DNA from: an uncultured Acidimicrobiia bacterium
GTDB lineage: Bacteria > Acidobacteriota > Terriglobia > Versatilivoradales > Versatilivoraceae
Direction of reading: 5' to 3'
Assembly: GCA_963786955.1 (NCBI GenBank)
Contig: CAWBAT010000005.1
Span: forward strand, 1,344,001 to 1,408,000
DNA length: 64,000 nucleotides
Each line of letters starts with the position of its first letter. The stretch's first letter is position 1. Positions 60,238-64,000 of the stretch are shown here, piece by piece. The translations under genes were made by a program, and so were the position numbers. Below the pieces are notes generated by a model, which was not told the origin of the DNA, ran no database searches, and saw nothing but the letters and a program-made list of their open reading frames with translations.

Positions 60238-61596
60238 ATGCTGTTGAAGTGTCGTGCAATTCATTTTCTTGGGCTTCTAATCTGGTTGTCGAGTCTATTA
60301 CCTACGACGTTTTTCGCCAGTGAACTGGCCCCAGCCGTCACGCCACAAATTCTATCTAGCGAGGCCCTTCAAAAGTCATTAACTCAATTGGAGCGCCGCC
60401 GCTTTCGTTCTTATAATCAAGGTGTGCTCGTCGAAACGCTGGACGGGCGGAAGGTACTTGCCGACCACAATTCGGAAGAGGTTTTTAACCCTGCCTCCGT
60501 CATGAAATTGGCAACTTCGTTCTTTGCCTTGTCTCGTTTGGGCTCGGAGCAGCGCTTTCAAACGGAAATCTATGCAGATTCGGCTTTAAATGGTCGAACG
60601 AAGGCATTGCCGGGGAACCTTTATGTCGTCAGTGATGGTGACCCGTCCCTTCGCTCAAGTGATGCAATCTCCCTCGGTCGAACTCTTGTCCGCCGCGGCC
60701 TTCGTCGTGTCGATGGGGATCTGGTGATTGCTGGTCCGTTCTCTTTGTACAGTGACAGGTACCCGGTGAGAAGTTCAGGTGACGCATTGCGTCGATCCCT
60801 GAGCCGTGTCGGCATTCTTATTAAGGGAAAAGTAAGGACGGTTTCGGTCGAACAGGTTGACCTTTCAACCAAAATCCTTTTCATGAGACGTGAATCGGAT
60901 CGTCTTCGAGATATCCTGTGGCTGCAGAATGCCCATAGCATCAACGAAATTGCAGACCAAGTAGGAGACCTTCTGGGAGGACCAGAAGCTCTAGAACAGT
61001 TTTTGATCGAGGAAGCAAAGATTGCGCCCGATGAAATCCATGTGGATCGCCCTTCCGGGTTGCAATTTAACAAAATGACTCCCCGGGCCGCCGTCAGACT
61101 ATTGCGGGCACTAAATGATTGGCTGGAGGCCCATAAGATGAAGATGCAGGACATTATGCCACTGGCGGGTATTGACGAAGGGACCTTGTTTGGAAGATTT
61201 CGAGATCCACAGATTTACGGGGCCGTCTTGGGTAAAACGGGAACAAATCCCGTCAAAGACGGAGGGGTCAGTGCCCTGGCAGGCATGGCCTTCACCCGGG
61301 ATAACGGTCTTGTTCTATACGCGATTTTTAATTCGCACGGCAGCATCACTGCTTACCGGCGTTGGCAGGATCATTTACTTAAGGAATTGATTGAGGAAAA
61401 TGGTGGGGCGGGGGATTCCTTTCGTTCACGAGGGGGACTCTCACCAGTCAATGTGGCCTCTTATTGGGCGCCCTCCGAGTACTGGAGTAGTTTAGGCGAA
61501 GAAACCTACAAGCAACCCACCCTCAAAAAAGCCACACCTTCGCAACGCAAATACACAAGATCGCATCGTTCTAGCTCCCGCCGAGTCGGCAACTAA
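60238..61596 (+). CDS. dacB: D-Ala-D-Ala carboxypeptidase/endopeptidase (PBP4, S13)
   Basis: PASVMK (SxxK), GDP, SIN (SxN), SGL and KTGT. Confidence 0.88.
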   Translation: MLLKCRAIHFLGLLIWLSSLLPTTFFASELAPAVTPQILSSEALQKSLTQLERRRFRSYNQGVLVETLDGRKVLADHNSEEVFNPASVMKLATSFFALSRLGSEQRFQTEIYADSALNGRTKALPGNLYVVSDGDPSLRSSDAISLGRTLVRRGLRRVDGDLVIAGPFSLYSDRYPVRSSGDALRRSLSRVGILIKGKVRTVSVEQVDLSTKILFMRRESDRLRDILWLQNAHSINEIADQVGDLLGGPEALEQFLIEEAKIAPDEIHVDRPSGLQFNKMTPRAAVRLLRALNDWLEAHKMKMQDIMPLAGIDEGTLFGRFRDPQIYGAVLGKTGTNPVKDGGVSALAGMAFTRDNGLVLYAIFNSHGSITAYRRWQDHLLKELIEENGGAGDSFRSRGGLSPVNVASYWAPSEYWSSLGEETYKQPTLKKATPSQRKYTRSHRSSSRRVGN

Positions 61597-61644
61597 CCGG
61601 ATTGCCGATTTTCGATTTCCCCTGGCAGGTGTTATTCATCACCA

Positions 61645-61862
61645 ATCTCCGCAATTCTGCACGTGCTTGAATACCGCCAGGTGGAGCGGGCGCTCCGGCG
61701 CACGCTCGATAAACGCGCGAGATGACGGTTATCACACGCGCGCGTTCTACCGGAATCGACAGATCATTAGTATCCTATTTCCCCTTTGTCAGCGACTTGC
61801 AAGCTTCAGACAAATCAGCAATTAGAGAGAAATTATGCCCGCCCAACTTCGGGACTCGGGTT
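61645..61862. mobile_element. MITE-like element family A (diverged)
   Basis: ggtggagcgggcgctcc core; right TIR aacttcgggactcgggtt; left TIR degenerate. Confidence 0.72.
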
Positions 61863-61933
61863 AATATGACCAGAGTTACGGTCTGTAAACTCAACCGGCA
61901 GGCGACGGCTTTCAAATAGATTGAAAAAGAACA

Positions 61934-62461
61934 ATGACTCTTCTTGCCATATTCGTAGGAAGTGCCGGGGCCTACTTACTGGTCTGGGCGTTCAATGTCC
62001 GGAGAGCAGCTACCGCCCAGCGTCCCCGGTTCTCCAGCACAATTGGGTTTCAGTGGGGGACCCCGACTCTTGGTCTTTTTTTCCTATTGATTGGGTTTGG
62101 ATGGGCGATGAGCAGAAGTTTTCTGTGGGGAACCCTGGGCCTGGTACTGGTTCTAGGCTTAGGGGCTCTCGTGATCTTCCACGATCAGTACACAGCAACC
62201 ATTAAGATCCTTTTCGATGATTTTCTGAGACTCAAGCGGGAGAATTCTGAAGCAGCTGATTTTGATCTGCTTTACTCGATCGTTAAGTCGCGCAAACCCT
62301 TTTGGACCGAAGATCGTGTCGTTGAAATGTGTGTTGGAAAAGACATCAAACAGCTGGTCCTTTTACTCCTGCTGGTTGAATATCAGATTCATCCGATCAA
62401 CGACATGGCGCTTTATGAGCGGCTTAAACAGGAAGTAGAGAAGTCGGCGCCGAAAAGTTAA
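61934..62461 (+). CDS. Hypothetical membrane protein
   Basis: Three N-terminal TM segments and a soluble C-terminus. Confidence 0.7.
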   Translation: MTLLAIFVGSAGAYLLVWAFNVRRAATAQRPRFSSTIGFQWGTPTLGLFFLLIGFGWAMSRSFLWGTLGLVLVLGLGALVIFHDQYTATIKILFDDFLRLKRENSEAADFDLLYSIVKSRKPFWTEDRVVEMCVGKDIKQLVLLLLLVEYQIHPINDMALYERLKQEVEKSAPKS

Positions 62462-62489
62462 ACCAAATGAACAGAGCGATTACGCCCGT

Positions 62490-62750
62490 CTAGTGCCAAG
62501 TTACACAAATTTGCGGTATTTGATGTAGCCGGGGACGTTGACCCCGGACAGCAGGCCTGCTGCAACTTGGGGCAAACGGCGTCCCTCCTTGCACAAGGGG
62601 GACTTCAGGGGGGTCCGTTTCGGACTTAGTACTGCTATTCGTAATTGCGGTGACGTATCTTAAGATAGGCGCCGCTACAAAGTTGTAGGCCGGGTCACCG
62701 ACCCGGCGTTAACGTTACCGTATTTATGAAAAGCAGTATCTTAGTACTAG
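62490..62750. mobile_element. Nested MITE/REP composite (family B)
   Basis: Outer ends ctagtgccaag and cttagtactag; inner ~27-bp inverted repeat tactgctattcgtaattgcggtgacgt / acgttaccgtatttatgaaaagcagta. Confidence 0.7.
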
Positions 62751-62755
62751 CCTGC

Positions 62756-63676
62756 CTAATCAAACCAATCTCTCGTCAGGTCCAGCCACATCACGAGTCC
62801 CTTCCACTCTCCATAGTGCCGGTAATGGTTGAAGATAGCCTTATCAGAGACTTTTCGACCGCGCTTGTGCATATTGGAAAACCTCTGCCGGCACCAGCTG
62901 TCCAAAGCAAGATGCTCGTAGTGACCAAGCAACCGCATCAAGTTGCCAGCCGCGTAGGGTCCAATTCCCTTGATGGATATCAGCTCACGATACAGTGTTT
63001 CGGAGTCCAATTGATCCCACTGTCTTAGGTCCAATCGCCCTGCCGCCACTTTTTCCGCAAACTCAAGTATGTAAGCGCTTCGATAACCGGATCGGATCTC
63101 TCTAATCAGAAAGTTTTCGGTTGTAGAAGCCAACTGGGTCGGGGTTGGGAAATCCGCATAGATCGGACTAAACGATTTGCCTAGTTTGCAGACGAGATTA
63201 CCGGTCATTCGCTGGGTGGCGCTCCAGGAGCAATTCGTAGTGCAAAGCATTTTGATTATATCTTCAAAAAGATTCGGGCTACGCAGAAGCCGGCCGGCTT
63301 TGACCCGTGGAATCCACGCAAAATCCCCATTCCCTTTCAACTTCCTAACGGCGGCATAGAACGGCTGGAGTGGCTCGTGCAGGCGAAACATGGACTCAAA
63401 TTGAGATTGAACCTGGTCTAATTCCTCTTGCGTCATGGGGCCATAGGATTGAATGTTTATTTCAGTTTGCTCTTCACCCTCCTGCACCTCCACTAAAACT
63501 GTTTGATGAGAAGTGCTCAAAACGCGTAACAAACAGCGATTTTTAAGGTCGAGATGAAACGGAGGCAAGGAGGACCAGCCATGGCTAAGGGCAGTTCGCC
63601 AAAAATTAAAATCAACAGGGGCTGAAACAGCCAGTTGGTATTGGTACATCTTTCGATTTTCGCTTCGCAGGTTCAC
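62756..63676 (-). CDS. HhH-GPD DNA glycosylase (Ogg/AlkA-like)
   Basis: LFEDIIKMLCTTNC, FPTP, GYRS, IKGIGPYAA and LALDSW. Confidence 0.88.
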   Translation of the reverse strand: MNLRSENRKMYQYQLAVSAPVDFNFWRTALSHGWSSLPPFHLDLKNRCLLRVLSTSHQTVLVEVQEGEEQTEINIQSYGPMTQEELDQVQSQFESMFRLHEPLQPFYAAVRKLKGNGDFAWIPRVKAGRLLRSPNLFEDIIKMLCTTNCSWSATQRMTGNLVCKLGKSFSPIYADFPTPTQLASTTENFLIREIRSGYRSAYILEFAEKVAAGRLDLRQWDQLDSETLYRELISIKGIGPYAAGNLMRLLGHYEHLALDSWCRQRFSNMHKRGRKVSDKAIFNHYRHYGEWKGLVMWLDLTRDWFD

Positions 63677-63794
63677 GTTTTTTGCTAAAGGCGCCTATTC
63701 GTGCTCGATGAACTGTCGATAAGCTATTTGCAGGCCATAGCATCTATACAAGATTCGAAACGCGTCTGGCAATCTCTAGCTTCGCGAGGCCTTC

Positions 63795-64000
63795 ATGGAA
63801 ACCCCTGCCTTCCTGCTCAAGCTCAAAGCCATCGGACTAAAGGATCTCTATCACATTCAGGGATTCATGCATCTTTTAATGAAACCACGGAATGGGATGC
63901 GTTGGTCGATAGAGGATAAAAAAGAACTCCGCAGCCATTTGATTCCACTTGCCGAGACGTTGCCTTATCTCGCAGTCTTCAGCCTCCCTGGCGGCCTGCT
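63795..64000 (+). CDS. Hypothetical protein (5' part; runs off window)
   Basis: Manual translation METPAFLLKLKAIGLKDLYHIQGFMHLLMKPRNGMRWSIEDKKELRSHL...LPGGLL, open to the window end. Confidence 0.6.
   Translation, partial: METPAFLLKLKAIGLKDLYHIQGFMHLLMKPRNGMRWSIEDKKELRSHLIPLAETLPYLAVFSLPGGL

Overview
Bacterial chromosomal window, probably Acidobacteriota. This is an inference from the OMP beta-barrel type, the cytochrome c-PQQ fusion and the FolD/LysS insertions. The housekeeping backbone includes lolC/E, lysS, nusB, ribH, perR-katG, glnA, folD, coaE, ccdA, htrA, uvrB, PPK2, malQ, aas and dacB. Highlights: (1) an intact, intron-less, eukaryotic/mitochondrial-type pyruvate dehydrogenase kinase (PDK/BCKDK) gene at 51131-52297 among bacterial genes, next to a remnant of a 2-oxoacid:ferredoxin oxidoreductase beta gene; (2) a teneurin-like PKD-NHL-YD/RHS polymorphic toxin, split by a 1-nt frameshift, with a putative Zn-phospholipase C/HET-C-like tip and followed by an array of small membrane-protein genes (candidate immunity genes); (3) a RAYT (Y1/HUH) gene bracketed by REP doublets with 18-nt tandem arrays, plus several dispersed REP/MITE families; (4) apparent in-situ replacement of a monofunctional catalase by a GC-richer katG. 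No rRNA, tRNA or CRISPR array was seen. All homology calls are by eye from recalled motifs; no searches were run.
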